NCBI RefSeq assembly: GCF_003334405.1
Contig: NZ_QOWM01000018.1
Source: Escherichia coli
GTDB taxonomy: Bacteria; Pseudomonadota; Gammaproteobacteria; Enterobacterales; Enterobacteriaceae
DNA length: 64,000 nucleotides
Reading direction: 5' to 3' (one strand)
Shown here: one piece after another, positions 10,089 to 20,643 of the stretch
Layout of the letters: every line of letters starts with the position of its first letter
How positions within the stretch are numbered: position 1 is the first letter of the stretch
Position numbers and translations under genes: made by a program
The notes under the pieces: generated by a model
Told to the model about the DNA's origin: nothing
What the model saw: the letters and a program-made list of their open reading frames with translations, nothing else
Database searches by the model: none

Positions 10089-11072
10089 ATGCAATCACGT
10101 TATTTACTGAGCACACTGCTCCTGGTGTGCAGCGCCGCCACGTCTGCAGATAACGCAGGATGGCAGAACGCACGCACACCACAAACGACAAATTCTGCCA
10201 GCGATCACGTTCAGAACGCCTCCCAAAACACCGGAGGTGTTCCGGCTACACTGGTAAAAGGTGAGCTGCCTGCCCCCGGGCAGGCCAGCCCGCTGGTACA
10301 GGATGCGGCAAGGCTTGATTCTGAGCTCTCCGCCGATGAGATTCGCTCACTACGCAGTCTCATGGCGGATAACGAGCGGGCCATCAATGCGCCCATCACC
10401 AGTGTTGTACCCCGTATCAGCTCTCTGACAGTTAATCTGTCCCCCGGTGCCAGCCTTCCTCTTGTTCGCACAGCCATGAACAACCTGAGCGTGGTGACAT
10501 TTACCGATATCAACGGTTCACCATGGCCACAATCCGATCCTCCTTATAACGCGGCACCAAAACTCTTTGATGTGCAGTACAACGAGAACATGGTGACAAT
10601 CACACCATTGCGGCCATGGGCATCCGGAAACATTTCTGTCTACCTGAAAGGTCTGTCGGTACCGGTCATCCTGAACGTAACCAGTGGCGAAACAGATACG
10701 CCGTCATCCAGTCAGGAAATGGACAGTCGTCTGGATCTGCGAATACCACGGCAGGGACCAACCAGCCCGGTTGTCTCCATCCCGACGGATAAGATCGCCC
10801 TGCATGATGCAACATTACAGGCATTTCTGGATGGTATTCCTCCCCGGGACCCTTCAGTTAAGAGGCTGAAATTCACAGGTAATGTCCCGGATACAACGAT
10901 CTGGCAACACGGCGATGACCTTCTGGTTCGTTCCCGGGCGATATTGCGCGATGAATTTGAACAGACCTTGTCCTCTGCCGACGGAACTCATCTCTGGAAG
11001 CTTCCCGTCACCCCACTACTGACTTTCTCTGTGAATGGCCAGTCCGTTCACGTGACACCAGAACTGGAGTAA
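10089..11072 (+). CDS. traN: Transfer protein TraN (secreted, DotH/IcmK position)
   Basis: Signal peptide LLLVCSAATSA; gene order. Confidence 0.5.
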   Translation: MQSRYLLSTLLLVCSAATSADNAGWQNARTPQTTNSASDHVQNASQNTGGVPATLVKGELPAPGQASPLVQDAARLDSELSADEIRSLRSLMADNERAINAPITSVVPRISSLTVNLSPGASLPLVRTAMNNLSVVTFTDINGSPWPQSDPPYNAAPKLFDVQYNENMVTITPLRPWASGNISVYLKGLSVPVILNVTSGETDTPSSSQEMDSRLDLRIPRQGPTSPVVSIPTDKIALHDATLQAFLDGIPPRDPSVKRLKFTGNVPDTTIWQHGDDLLVRSRAILRDEFEQTLSSADGTHLWKLPVTPLLTFSVNGQSVHVTPELE

Positions 11073-11074
11073 TC

Positions 11075-12364
11075 ATGAGTGCTGAACAGGATGCCGGTAA
11101 ATCCGGAAAGAAACTGGCTGCCCTGCTTGGACTGGGCAGCATCATCTTATTTGGCGGCGGCTATATCGCGTTTTCCAAACTATCAGGGAGTAACAGCGAT
11201 ATGCAGTCAGCCGTGAACATTAACAGTGCAGCAAGCGGCGGAACGCGCAGCGTTACCGAAACGCCTCACTATCGTGAACTGTTAAGAGCGGATAATGAAC
11301 GAGGGGCCGCAGCTGCAGCCCGCAATAATCAGACGTTCATTGCCAGTCTTCCACAGGGGCTTGATATTCCGGACACTCCGGAAAAGCAACAACAGCCTGC
11401 AGCAAAACCGGAAAACTATGCTCATCGCCAGGCTTCCGGCACACCCCAGGAGGATCGAGCAGCCAGTGAAAAACGTATGGAGCGGCTGCAAAAGCTGATT
11501 GTAAGAATAAAAGATCAGCATCCTGCCGGTAGTACACCAACCATAGCAACGACTATGTGGAATAAATCTCCGGCAGAAACAACAGGGCAGAATGGTACGC
11601 AGCAATTCGCATTACAGAATGCCAGCCTGTCCACGCCTGTAGCAGAAAAAGGGATACAACTGATACCTGCTCTGACCCGTATACCGGCATATATTGATAC
11701 TGCAGTGGATTCTGATAACCCGTCATCCAAGGTTATCGCAACCATTCCCGCTGGCCCCTGGGCAGGGGCAACGCTGTTCAGTCCGGGAGTCAAACTGGTG
11801 GGTAACGGCGTGGAGATCCATTTCGACCGGATGAGCTGGAACGGCATGGACCTTAAGGTCAATGCATATGCTCAACGGGAAGACAACCTGATGTCATCCG
11901 TGGCCAGCAATGTGAATACACGCTGGTTTAAACATATCATTCTACCGTCAGTGTTAGGAGGTGTGGGCAGTATTGGCACACTTTATAAAGATGCCAACAC
12001 GCAGGTTATTCAGGGTAACTATGGCACGGTTACCGGACGCGTGGGAATGCCCAGTGGTGAAGCTGTTGCGGGCGTTATTGCCGGTGGTATGGCGGAAAGA
12101 GGAAGTCAGATATTAACCCGCCAGGCAGAAAGTGAGCCCTATAAACAGGTAGAAGTGTATCAGCATGAAGTCGTATCAATTCTGTTTGTTGACCCGGTAA
12201 TGACAAACGACGCCAGGTCATCTTCCCTTTCCAGTGGCATTTCCCCTTCAGTTAATCGTACATCACAGGCGGAACAACGCTCGCAGGCACGAATGCAGAC
12301 AGCCATGGAGCAAAGAAAAGCTGTGATGCAACGTCGGTATGATGAACAACCGGAGACACCATAA
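11075..12364 (+). CDS. traO: Transfer protein TraO (DotG/IcmE position)
   Basis: N-terminal TM segment; tightly packed operon context; gene order. Confidence 0.5.
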   Translation: MSAEQDAGKSGKKLAALLGLGSIILFGGGYIAFSKLSGSNSDMQSAVNINSAASGGTRSVTETPHYRELLRADNERGAAAAARNNQTFIASLPQGLDIPDTPEKQQQPAAKPENYAHRQASGTPQEDRAASEKRMERLQKLIVRIKDQHPAGSTPTIATTMWNKSPAETTGQNGTQQFALQNASLSTPVAEKGIQLIPALTRIPAYIDTAVDSDNPSSKVIATIPAGPWAGATLFSPGVKLVGNGVEIHFDRMSWNGMDLKVNAYAQREDNLMSSVASNVNTRWFKHIILPSVLGGVGSIGTLYKDANTQVIQGNYGTVTGRVGMPSGEAVAGVIAGGMAERGSQILTRQAESEPYKQVEVYQHEVVSILFVDPVMTNDARSSSLSSGISPSVNRTSQAEQRSQARMQTAMEQRKAVMQRRYDEQPETP

Positions 12365-13068
12365 TGAAACCTGAAACAGAAATAGATGAAACCGGCAGCT
12401 TCGGTGAACCCGAAGAGAAACCCGCCCCCTTCTGGAAACGTTCCGTCTGGGGGATATCTGTAGCAACATGGGGGCTATGTGCAGTCGTGTTGCTCGCAGC
12501 CATATGGTATCTGTTCCTGAGAGCGCCATCGGAAACAGGCATGCCTCCGTTTAATGATGCGGATGCTGGCGTACAGACCTGGCAAACCACACAAGAATCA
12601 TCACCTTCCGTTCAGTCCACTGAGACCATGACTGTCCGGACAGGAGAAGATATGAGCCAGCTTGCCCGGGATGTAAAAACAGAGCTGGATAACCGCGATG
12701 AAAAAATTCAGGCAACACTGAATATGCTTCACGACAGCATTAACAAGCTGGGCGAAGCTATAAAAAAGGATGAAGAATACGCACAGGAAACACGCCGTCA
12801 GCTGGATGATATCCGGAGCCGCCTGAACGGAATAATGACACAGAAAAGCGTCACTGAATCCTCTTCCACACCGCATCCAGCAAAGAAAAAAACGTCGTCT
12901 GTACTTAACGGAATGAAAATCATGTCGATGGAAACTGGTATGGCCTGGATTCGCTGGCAGGGTAGTACCTGGGCTGTCAGAGAAGGTCAGACGCTGGGCA
13001 ATGTGGTGATCCAGCGGATTGATCCGACTACCCGGACCATCATCACCAGTGCAGGGACGTTACGCTGA
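12364..13068 (+). CDS. traP: Transfer protein TraP
   Basis: TM segment; ATGA overlaps on both sides; gene order. Confidence 0.45.
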   Translation: MKPETEIDETGSFGEPEEKPAPFWKRSVWGISVATWGLCAVVLLAAIWYLFLRAPSETGMPPFNDADAGVQTWQTTQESSPSVQSTETMTVRTGEDMSQLARDVKTELDNRDEKIQATLNMLHDSINKLGEAIKKDEEYAQETRRQLDDIRSRLNGIMTQKSVTESSSTPHPAKKKTSSVLNGMKIMSMETGMAWIRWQGSTWAVREGQTLGNVVIQRIDPTTRTIITSAGTLR

Positions 13069-13595
13069 TGAACATGGATGCCCTGACCGCCATTGAGAAC
13101 TTTGCCAGCAGTATTTTCAGTGCCGGAATGGATTTCCTGTTTACCTGGGGAGAATTCATCGGGGTGATCAGCATGATTACCCTGTTTGCCCGCGCCCGTT
13201 CAGCCGGTCCGGTAAAAATGTCTCCCGGAAAATTTATTGCGGGGATGTTAACCAGCTGCATGCTCGTATCACTCCCGGCAATGATTAACGCCGGAGGCGT
13301 ACAAATGGGATTCAGGGCTGACTCATTTGGCCCGATTGCATATGTACAACCTCAGACGTTTGGCGCTGCTGCTGGCGCAGCAAATGCAGTTCTGTCGCTG
13401 GCCAAGCTGGCCGGTGTTGGATTTGTAATGAACGGGATATCCATCTGGCGCAAGGCCGGACTCGATGGACATACCGCACTGAGTGCCAGTGAATCCGTCA
13501 GTAAGGGAAACGTCAAATTTATTGCCGGCGTCCTGCTGGTCTTTATCGATCGTGTCCTCAATGCCCTGCTGGCAAGCATTGGAATCGTCTTCTGA
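13068..13595 (+). CDS. traQ: Transfer protein TraQ (integral membrane)
   Basis: Multiple hydrophobic segments; gene order. Confidence 0.45.
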   Translation: MNMDALTAIENFASSIFSAGMDFLFTWGEFIGVISMITLFARARSAGPVKMSPGKFIAGMLTSCMLVSLPAMINAGGVQMGFRADSFGPIAYVQPQTFGAAAGAANAVLSLAKLAGVGFVMNGISIWRKAGLDGHTALSASESVSKGNVKFIAGVLLVFIDRVLNALLASIGIVF

Positions 13596-13645
13596 TTTTT
13601 TTCACCTTCATATAAACCACTGATATATCCATTTAAGGAGAAACT

Positions 13646-14050
13646 ATGTCACGTATTCGTGTCGTAGCGGCCCGTCTGTACGCCGCATTTATCCACGCAC
13701 AACTGTTTGTAATGTCATGCCGGAGCAAACTGACTAAGTTCCTGCTGCTCATTCCCATGATGTTGCTGCCCAAAGCCGTTCTTGCCGATGGAGATCTTGC
13801 CGATATGGTTCGCAATGTCGAACAAGGTGCCAAAACAGCACAGTCATCATCACTGACTATTGCGCAGTTCATCGGCGTAATTCTGTTTCTCGGGGGCCTG
13901 ATTGGCCTGAAAAAAGTTGGGAAACAAGGGGGGATGGGACTGGCTAGTTGCATTGTATCTATCGTCATTGGGGCGGTACTTGTCGCCGGACCTGAAATGA
14001 TGAGTCGCAGCCAGAAACAGTTGGGGATTTCCTCAATTTCCATTGGCTAA
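13646..14050 (+). CDS. traR: Transfer protein TraR (small membrane protein; true start may be internal)
   Basis: Hydrophobic segments; gene order. Confidence 0.4.
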   Translation: MSRIRVVAARLYAAFIHAQLFVMSCRSKLTKFLLLIPMMLLPKAVLADGDLADMVRNVEQGAKTAQSSSLTIAQFIGVILFLGGLIGLKKVGKQGGMGLASCIVSIVIGAVLVAGPEMMSRSQKQLGISSISIG

Positions 14051-14113
14051 TCTTGTCCAGGGCACTGGCATTTATCCGGTGCCCTTCCTATTCGGCAATA
14101 CAAGGAGGCACAT

Positions 14114-14302
14114 ATGTCTGCCTGGAGCCCGGAGCACATAACGTTACGACGAACAGAAAACGGCAATGTGATTGCCCACGACAGTCGGGACAATCAGGAA
14201 TTCATTTTTGCAGAATGCTGTTCCGATGAAATCGCAAACATCATTCTGGAAGCCGTGAAACGTTACACCAGTACGGAGCCTGCTCATGCAACACAGCATT
14301 AA
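14114..14302 (+). CDS. Small transfer-region protein (TraS position)
   Basis: 62-aa ORF in operon context overlapping the next start; gene order only. Confidence 0.3.
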   Translation: MSAWSPEHITLRRTENGNVIAHDSRDNQEFIFAECCSDEIANIILEAVKRYTSTEPAHATQH

Positions 14303-15086
14303 AGACTTGTGGTTGTATCCCTTTCCAGAAATTGATGTGGTTCATACACAGGAGCCACTGTTACCGGAACCGGAATTAACAACGCCCGGTCGATGTATCT
14401 GCTGCCGGCAAAACGTCAGGCACCGTTTCAGACTGGATGACTCATGGCCACTCAGACAGCTTACCGACACAATCAGTGACACACGAGTTCGTCTTAATAA
14501 GGCCACAGAACATCTGGATAAGTTAAAAAAGCGTGGTGAACCAGTCGCAACCGGCGAAAAGGAAAAGTACAACACGGCAGTAAAAGCCGCTGAACGGGCG
14601 CTTGAGCAGGCCCGTCTGTCTGCCAGACGTCTTTCACTCCGCCATGTACAGAAAGCTGAAATCACCAGTACAGAGCCGTTGTCAGAGAAAGAGCAGGAAC
14701 TGTTTCATGAAGACGGCCCGCCTTACAGCTTATGTGCTTTCTGCCACGCCTGGCATTCACTGAATGGTTATGCCGCAGCACAGGGCGTTATGGTATGGCT
14801 ACCCGACCTTCATCCATCCACGGTCGTGGCCCTTAACCGTCGTTCATTACAGGAAGTTTTCAGTAATGATAAGTTCCGGGTCCGGCGGGGACGAGAAGCG
14901 CTCTCTGCACTGATGCAAAACAGACTGGCGGTTGAGGATAAATTCCGCAGTTTCCGCCCGGCCGATTTCGCTGACGTTTTTCGTCGCTATCCACCTTCCG
15001 GTCGTTCGCCCCTGCGTGAAAAAATGAACGGGATTGCCCTGATTCTGACACCAGATTCATTCATCAAAAAAGAATTCGTTGATTGA
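14286..15086 (+). CDS. traT: Transfer protein TraT
   Basis: 266 aa; stop overlaps traU region; gene order. Confidence 0.45.
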   Translation: MQHSIKDLWLYPFPEIDVVHTQEPLLPEPELTTPGRCICCRQNVRHRFRLDDSWPLRQLTDTISDTRVRLNKATEHLDKLKKRGEPVATGEKEKYNTAVKAAERALEQARLSARRLSLRHVQKAEITSTEPLSEKEQELFHEDGPPYSLCAFCHAWHSLNGYAAAQGVMVWLPDLHPSTVVALNRRSLQEVFSNDKFRVRRGREALSALMQNRLAVEDKFRSFRPADFADVFRRYPPSGRSPLREKMNGIALILTPDSFIKKEFVD

Positions 15087-15175
15087 TTTTTCTTCATGCC
15101 ACTCCAGCGCGGGGTGGCATTAAAAAAATCAAACTGCACAAACCTCCCTCCTGTAAGTCCGGAGTTCCCTCACCT

Positions 15176-18100
15176 ATGAACATAAACCGTTTAATCTTCA
15201 CTATCGAAGACTGTCTGAACACGCTATCCCGTTTCTCTGTCGCAAGCAGTTTTGTTGAGTATTGCGATTTGCGTACTGTAATTGGTCTGGACAGACAGGA
15301 TCGTGAACGTCGCCCATGGCTGAATTCGCCCTATATTGCAGCCACAAAGCGTGGAGAATATCTCTCTGTCTTTGAAGTCAGCGGTGCTTTCAGGGAAATG
15401 GATGAAGCATCCGACCAGGCTGGCCCAGGTTCACTGGAATCGCTGATCACCAGCATGAGTGACAGCCTGAATACGGCATATAAAAACAGCGGTCATAAAA
15501 TCAGCTGCGTTTTCGAGCGTGACCCTGAAATGGGGAAAGAGGAAATCGAAGACATGGTCGCCCCACAAAAACGCTCACTGGCTAATACAGGTATCCAGTT
15601 ACAGGATGTGGTCGATGAGAAAGTCACAACACTGTCCCCATGGCTGGTCCGGGAGCGTTGCTGGCTGGCGATCTGGAGTGGACCCGACCTTATCAGCAAC
15701 AGCGATCGCACCGCCCATGATGAGCTTGTCAGAAGACTGGCTGAACGGGTACCGAAAGCACGCTTTGCCCAGTCCCCCTGGCAGTGGACCTTATCTGCAC
15801 TGAAAATCCGCCACGAAGCTTTTCTTGATAATGTGGAACAGGCACTGAGACATTCATCTGATGGCCTGATTCTCCGGCTTCTGGATATACACGAAGTCGG
15901 GCGTGAAATACGTCGTCAGACAGAACGGTACAGCACACCGCGTAACTGGCAACCCCACCTGCCTGAAGATGCCCAGCCAGCAGGATATCGCTGGACTGAC
16001 GATGAATCCGTACTACATGCTCCTTCATTGCATTTGCAGTTATTCAACACGCAGGTGACCACACAGGGCAACCTGGTTCAGGCGGGCGGACTCTGGCACG
16101 GAATGGTATCGATTACTTTACCTCCGCAAAATCTGCAGACGTTTAACGAACTGGTCCGTGCCGTCCCCCGCGCAGTCCCCTGGCGCATCAGAATGGATCT
16201 GATGCCCGGCGGGATGAAGGCTCTTAATCTGAAGAAAACGCTTCTGACTTACAGCAGCTTCATTTCTGCCGTTCGTCCAATGTATGAATCCGTTATGACC
16301 CTGGCGGCAACGGATGAAAAAGAACCTGTCTGCATAATGACCATCATGGCCTCCACGTGGGGAAAAACACGTGAAATATGCGCACGAAACCAGGCCATTC
16401 TGAAATCGGCCATTGAAGGCTGGGGCGTATGTGGCACCACAACAACATTTGGCGATCCCCGACGCGCCTGGGTGAATACCATTCTCGCGGCATCCGGAGG
16501 CTCCGGCCCGGTTCCCCTGTATCCCCCGTTGTCACATGCCATCTCGCTTTTCCCGCTTAACAGGGCAGGCTCTGTCTGGCGAGGCAAAGGGAATCTGATG
16601 TTACATACAGAAGACGGTTCCGCATTTGAGGTTGGTCTGGCGTCATCCCAACAAAATAAACATACAGAACTGGCACCAGGCGATCCGGGGCTGGGTAAAT
16701 CAGTTCTGATTAATACGTTGTCGGAAATACAGATATCATCTGCTCAGAAAAACCTGCCCTTCATTGCCTATATCGATAAAGGATACAGTGCTCAGGGACT
16801 GGTTCAGCTTATTCGCGACAGTCTTCCTCCGGAAAGAAAAGACGAAGCTGTCGGTATTATTCTGAGCAATGATCCGGAATACACCCGTAACCTTTTTGAC
16901 GTGATGTACGGCGCTAAAAAGCCTATTACGCCGGAAAAGAATTTCATGTCATCGGTGCTGTGTGCTCTCTGTGTCGATACCGGTACCGGTCAACCCTGTA
17001 ACCCCGGAGACACCCGACAAATTATCAACCAGCTTATCGAGCTGGCTTTTAAAGAGTACGGTGAAAATAATCCGCGACTTTATCGCGCCTCAACGGAAGA
17101 ACTGGTGGATTCAGCACTGCAGGACTCGGGACTGTATGAAAAACATGATGCAGCCTGGTGGGCCAGATCAACCTGGTTTGAAGTCCGGGATATGCTCCAC
17201 AATGCCGGGTATATCATGGCAGCTCAGCGGGCACATTATCAGGCAATGCCCCAGCTTCCCGAAGTGTCCTCGATGCTGGGCCATACCAGTCTCAGGGATG
17301 TTTTCGGTACTGTTCAGCGTGATGGTTCAAACGAGCTTCTGCTGGACTACATCCGCCGCGCCCTGGAGCAGGGACATAACGACTACCCCATGATATCCGG
17401 GTATACCCGGTTTATGATCAACCCGGAAACCCGGGTCATCGCTGTCGATCTGAATAATGTTGCCGGTGACAAAACGCCTGCAGGCAGGCTTAAAACCGGC
17501 ATCATGTACCTGCTTGCAGGTCAGATCGCCGGTGGTGACTTCACCCTGCCACAATACAGGGATGAAGTGTTAAAGCAGCTTCCACGGGAATACCATGAAA
17601 TCGCTCTTAAACGTATTAACCAACTTGATCAGGAGGTTAAGACAAAAGTTTATGATGAACTGCATAACGCCCGGGGCATTGACTTCATCTGGGAAAATCT
17701 GGATACCCAGGAGCGTGAGCAACGCAAGTTTGCTATCCGCACGGTTCTGAGTACGCAGTATCTGAGGGACTACCCGGAAAGCGTTCTTAAGTCAGCAAAT
17801 ACTCTCTGGTTACTGCGCTACAAACCCGAAGATATCCCCGTACTGAGGGATAACTTCAACGTTCCTGAATTTATGCTGAAACGCTTCCTGAAAATGCCGG
17901 AAGGCCCGGCACCAGATGGTAGTGGTGTTCCTGTTCTGGGAGTATTCAGGGTAAAAAGTGGCACACTTGCGAGAATACTCAAATTTACCGTCGGTCCACT
18001 GGAGCTATGGGCGCTGAACTCATCGCCAAAAGACAGTGCCCTGCGTAAAACACTGACAAATAAGTTAGGTTCAGTTCGGGCACGTAAGATTCTGGCCGAA

Positions 18101-18220
18101 AACTTCCCCAGAGGTTCTGCAACGTCATTAATTGAGCACCGGGCGGGCCAACATAACAGTGACAATGTTATTGAAGATCTGGCCTCGGAGCTCATCCGAA
18201 AACAGGGATACAATCTCTGA
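15176..18220 (+). CDS. traU: T4BSS ATPase TraU (DotO/IcmB-like)
   Basis: ATG at 15176 gives 1014 codons (track ORF starts at an upstream TTG); Walker-A-like GDPGLGKS; size and position. Confidence 0.8.
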   Translation: MNINRLIFTIEDCLNTLSRFSVASSFVEYCDLRTVIGLDRQDRERRPWLNSPYIAATKRGEYLSVFEVSGAFREMDEASDQAGPGSLESLITSMSDSLNTAYKNSGHKISCVFERDPEMGKEEIEDMVAPQKRSLANTGIQLQDVVDEKVTTLSPWLVRERCWLAIWSGPDLISNSDRTAHDELVRRLAERVPKARFAQSPWQWTLSALKIRHEAFLDNVEQALRHSSDGLILRLLDIHEVGREIRRQTERYSTPRNWQPHLPEDAQPAGYRWTDDESVLHAPSLHLQLFNTQVTTQGNLVQAGGLWHGMVSITLPPQNLQTFNELVRAVPRAVPWRIRMDLMPGGMKALNLKKTLLTYSSFISAVRPMYESVMTLAATDEKEPVCIMTIMASTWGKTREICARNQAILKSAIEGWGVCGTTTTFGDPRRAWVNTILAASGGSGPVPLYPPLSHAISLFPLNRAGSVWRGKGNLMLHTEDGSAFEVGLASSQQNKHTELAPGDPGLGKSVLINTLSEIQISSAQKNLPFIAYIDKGYSAQGLVQLIRDSLPPERKDEAVGIILSNDPEYTRNLFDVMYGAKKPITPEKNFMSSVLCALCVDTGTGQPCNPGDTRQIINQLIELAFKEYGENNPRLYRASTEELVDSALQDSGLYEKHDAAWWARSTWFEVRDMLHNAGYIMAAQRAHYQAMPQLPEVSSMLGHTSLRDVFGTVQRDGSNELLLDYIRRALEQGHNDYPMISGYTRFMINPETRVIAVDLNNVAGDKTPAGRLKTGIMYLLAGQIAGGDFTLPQYRDEVLKQLPREYHEIALKRINQLDQEVKTKVYDELHNARGIDFIWENLDTQEREQRKFAIRTVLSTQYLRDYPESVLKSANTLWLLRYKPEDIPVLRDNFNVPEFMLKRFLKMPEGPAPDGSGVPVLGVFRVKSGTLARILKFTVGPLELWALNSSPKDSALRKTLTNKLGSVRARKILAENFPRGSATSLIEHRAGQHNSDNVIEDLASELIRKQGYNL

Positions 18221-18834
18221 TGTGTACAATTCATATCACCCCACGCTGCCGGAGACCTGCCAGAGGGCAGGTATTTCTTAAAAAACTTGAGGTAAAAGGT
18301 GACAGTTTCTCATTCACTCTGCCGTCACGTGTCTTCAGGTTACATCCGGCCCCCAATCCCAGAGTGATATACGCCTCAGATGCCAGAACACAGGGAAAGG
18401 TTACAGGCATGCGGCTGTTGTTGCCGTCCAGCACAGATGAGCTGATAACAACGGCAATATGGCAGGTTTCTGTCCCGGATGAAGCACCATTCGACGTTCA
18501 GCATGTCATCCAGTGGATACTCCCTTCACCGCTGGCTTCGCTGATGTCCGATGATACCTGGTTATGGCCATCCGTTCCCGGAACGCCGGCACTGAGTGCC
18601 GGTGACTGGCCTGTCATGGATACTGACCCGTCCACCTTACGGCGCGTCAGACGTCGTTCTTTCAGCATCATCGATAACCGGAACAGGAAAGGTTATATCA
18701 CCAGGCGATATCAGTGTTTCCCACTGGCCCCACTACCTGAAGACAGAAAATACGACAGCCTTCCTGACCTTGTGCTCCACCCCGAGCAGGAGACAATAAA
18801 ATGCAAAGAAAAACATTACTCGCAGCCCTTATAG
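18220..18834 (+). CDS. traV: Transfer protein TraV
   Basis: ATGA overlap with traU stop; gene order. Confidence 0.45.
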   Translation: MCTIHITPRCRRPARGQVFLKKLEVKGDSFSFTLPSRVFRLHPAPNPRVIYASDARTQGKVTGMRLLLPSSTDELITTAIWQVSVPDEAPFDVQHVIQWILPSPLASLMSDDTWLWPSVPGTPALSAGDWPVMDTDPSTLRRVRRRSFSIIDNRNRKGYITRRYQCFPLAPLPEDRKYDSLPDLVLHPEQETIKCKEKHYSQPL

Positions 18835-20003
18835 CCATCCTGAGTGGAACGGCATGCCAGGCTCATGCTTATTCAGTCACCGTCGTCGCCAGCCGCCCCG
18901 TTGAACAGCAGGTCGTCCCCAGAATGGAGGCCATCAAAGGTGTGCTGAGTGACATACTGAGTACCCAGACAGCCACGGGTACCGCTATCAATCAGAACTC
19001 TGAAAAGCTGGCAAGTGTCATTGCCCAGAACGGACAGGCGACACGTCAGCAGATGATTTTCAGTAATGAAACTCAGCGCCTCGAGGAGGCACGGAAAAGC
19101 TTCACCGTGCCAGACTCCATCTGCAGTGAATCCGCATCAGGGATTGCAACAGAAAGCAAAAGTGCCTCAGCATCCGCAGCCTCAAAACTCAGTAAAGGTG
19201 GCGGTGTGAGCAACCGTAACATCCGCGACCGTCTGGCCAGCGCAGCAAACTCTCCCGTGCGGGAAGCTTATGATGGCGCGGCCATACACGCCAGTTACTG
19301 TACAGAAGCAGAATATGCACGTTTTGGAGGAACCGCCGTTTGTCCTTCTGTGGGCGAAATACCAGGTGGAGACAGTCAGGTACGCTCGATTTATCACGGC
19401 GCAGGTACAGCGGACACACCTGCGGCACTGACATGGGATCAGAAGCAAATAGATGCAGCGACGGCTTACATGAAAAACACTTCCCGCCCCTCTGCCGGTC
19501 GTGCTCTGGGTAAAGGAGAAGTGAATACCCAGAGTGGGCGAACCTACGTCGGACTCCAGAACGAATACAACGGCATCATTGATTCTGCGTCGAATCCCCA
19601 ACTGACGCTGATTGCTGACAGCACGCCTAATGAAACCACACGTAAAGCACTGGCTGAAACACTGCAGTCAGACTCAGCGGCCGCTTACTTCGACCAGGTG
19701 GCTTCACCAGAAGCAAAAGCACGGGGATATATGAGTACCCGTGAGTTTGAAGCTTTTGAGGCTGGCCGGCGCTACGCCAACACAGCATACCTGGTGGATT
19801 TACAGGAAATGCAGGGAGATAACCTGCTCCGTGAACTGGTAAGAATCACTGCGCAAATGAACTGGCAGCTGAACGACCTGAAAGAACAGATCCGCCAGGG
19901 TAATGTCATCTCTGGACAGCAACTGGCTCTGACCGCCCGCCAGTATTATGAAAAACAACTCGGTAGCCTTGAGAAAACAATCAATCAGGCAAACGCACGT
20001 TGA
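18801..20003 (+). CDS. traW: Transfer lipoprotein TraW
   Basis: Signal peptide with lipobox-like LSGTAC; 400 aa; gene order. Confidence 0.5.
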   Translation: MQRKTLLAALIAILSGTACQAHAYSVTVVASRPVEQQVVPRMEAIKGVLSDILSTQTATGTAINQNSEKLASVIAQNGQATRQQMIFSNETQRLEEARKSFTVPDSICSESASGIATESKSASASAASKLSKGGGVSNRNIRDRLASAANSPVREAYDGAAIHASYCTEAEYARFGGTAVCPSVGEIPGGDSQVRSIYHGAGTADTPAALTWDQKQIDAATAYMKNTSRPSAGRALGKGEVNTQSGRTYVGLQNEYNGIIDSASNPQLTLIADSTPNETTRKALAETLQSDSAAAYFDQVASPEAKARGYMSTREFEAFEAGRRYANTAYLVDLQEMQGDNLLRELVRITAQMNWQLNDLKEQIRQGNVISGQQLALTARQYYEKQLGSLEKTINQANAR

Positions 20004-20031
20004 AAGCTGACGTCAGAACAGGACTGAAGAA

Positions 20032-20616
20032 ATGAATAAGTTACCGGAAAATTCAGACCAGACGAAAAACGTCAAAAAATCACCATCCATAACCCGCATA
20101 GCCACCCGGGGAATTATTAACATTTTTGTTCCTCTGATGGAGACTCGCCTGATAACGAATTCTGTACAGCATATGCTGGAACAACAAAGACGCAGGCTGG
20201 ACAGATTTCGTCAGGTAAATAATAAAAAGGCGCAACTCCACCTCACGTGGGAAGAAGCTCTGCAGGCCAGCCATATGTCAGTAGACGATCTGGATCGTCG
20301 TTTCCGCCGGCGCAGAACAGTATGGCGATTCTGTTGCTGGAGTCTGCTGGCCATCGCTTTGTTTCTCAGTGGTATGCTCTTTGCCGCCTCTTCATTACCT
20401 CTTACGACTCTGGTACGCGCCATCAGCACTCTTGTGTTGATACTGTCAGGCGTCGCTCTTTGTGCTTCCAGAGCACTGATTGTTACATACCGCCTCTGGC
20501 AGTTGCATGAACGAAAAGTCAGCGAACCCGAGCAGGGGACTTTCCGTGATTTTCTGAACGACCGCAATGGCTGGCGCAATGCCACATTAATTGCCGTAAC
20601 CAGTAAACAATACTGA
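20032..20616 (+). CDS. traX: Transfer protein TraX (membrane)
   Basis: Two TM segments in C-terminal half; gene order. Confidence 0.45.
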   Translation: MNKLPENSDQTKNVKKSPSITRIATRGIINIFVPLMETRLITNSVQHMLEQQRRRLDRFRQVNNKKAQLHLTWEEALQASHMSVDDLDRRFRRRRTVWRFCCWSLLAIALFLSGMLFAASSLPLTTLVRAISTLVLILSGVALCASRALIVTYRLWQLHERKVSEPEQGTFRDFLNDRNGWRNATLIAVTSKQY

Positions 20617-20643
20617 TCACGTCCAGATGCCAGTACCACTGGC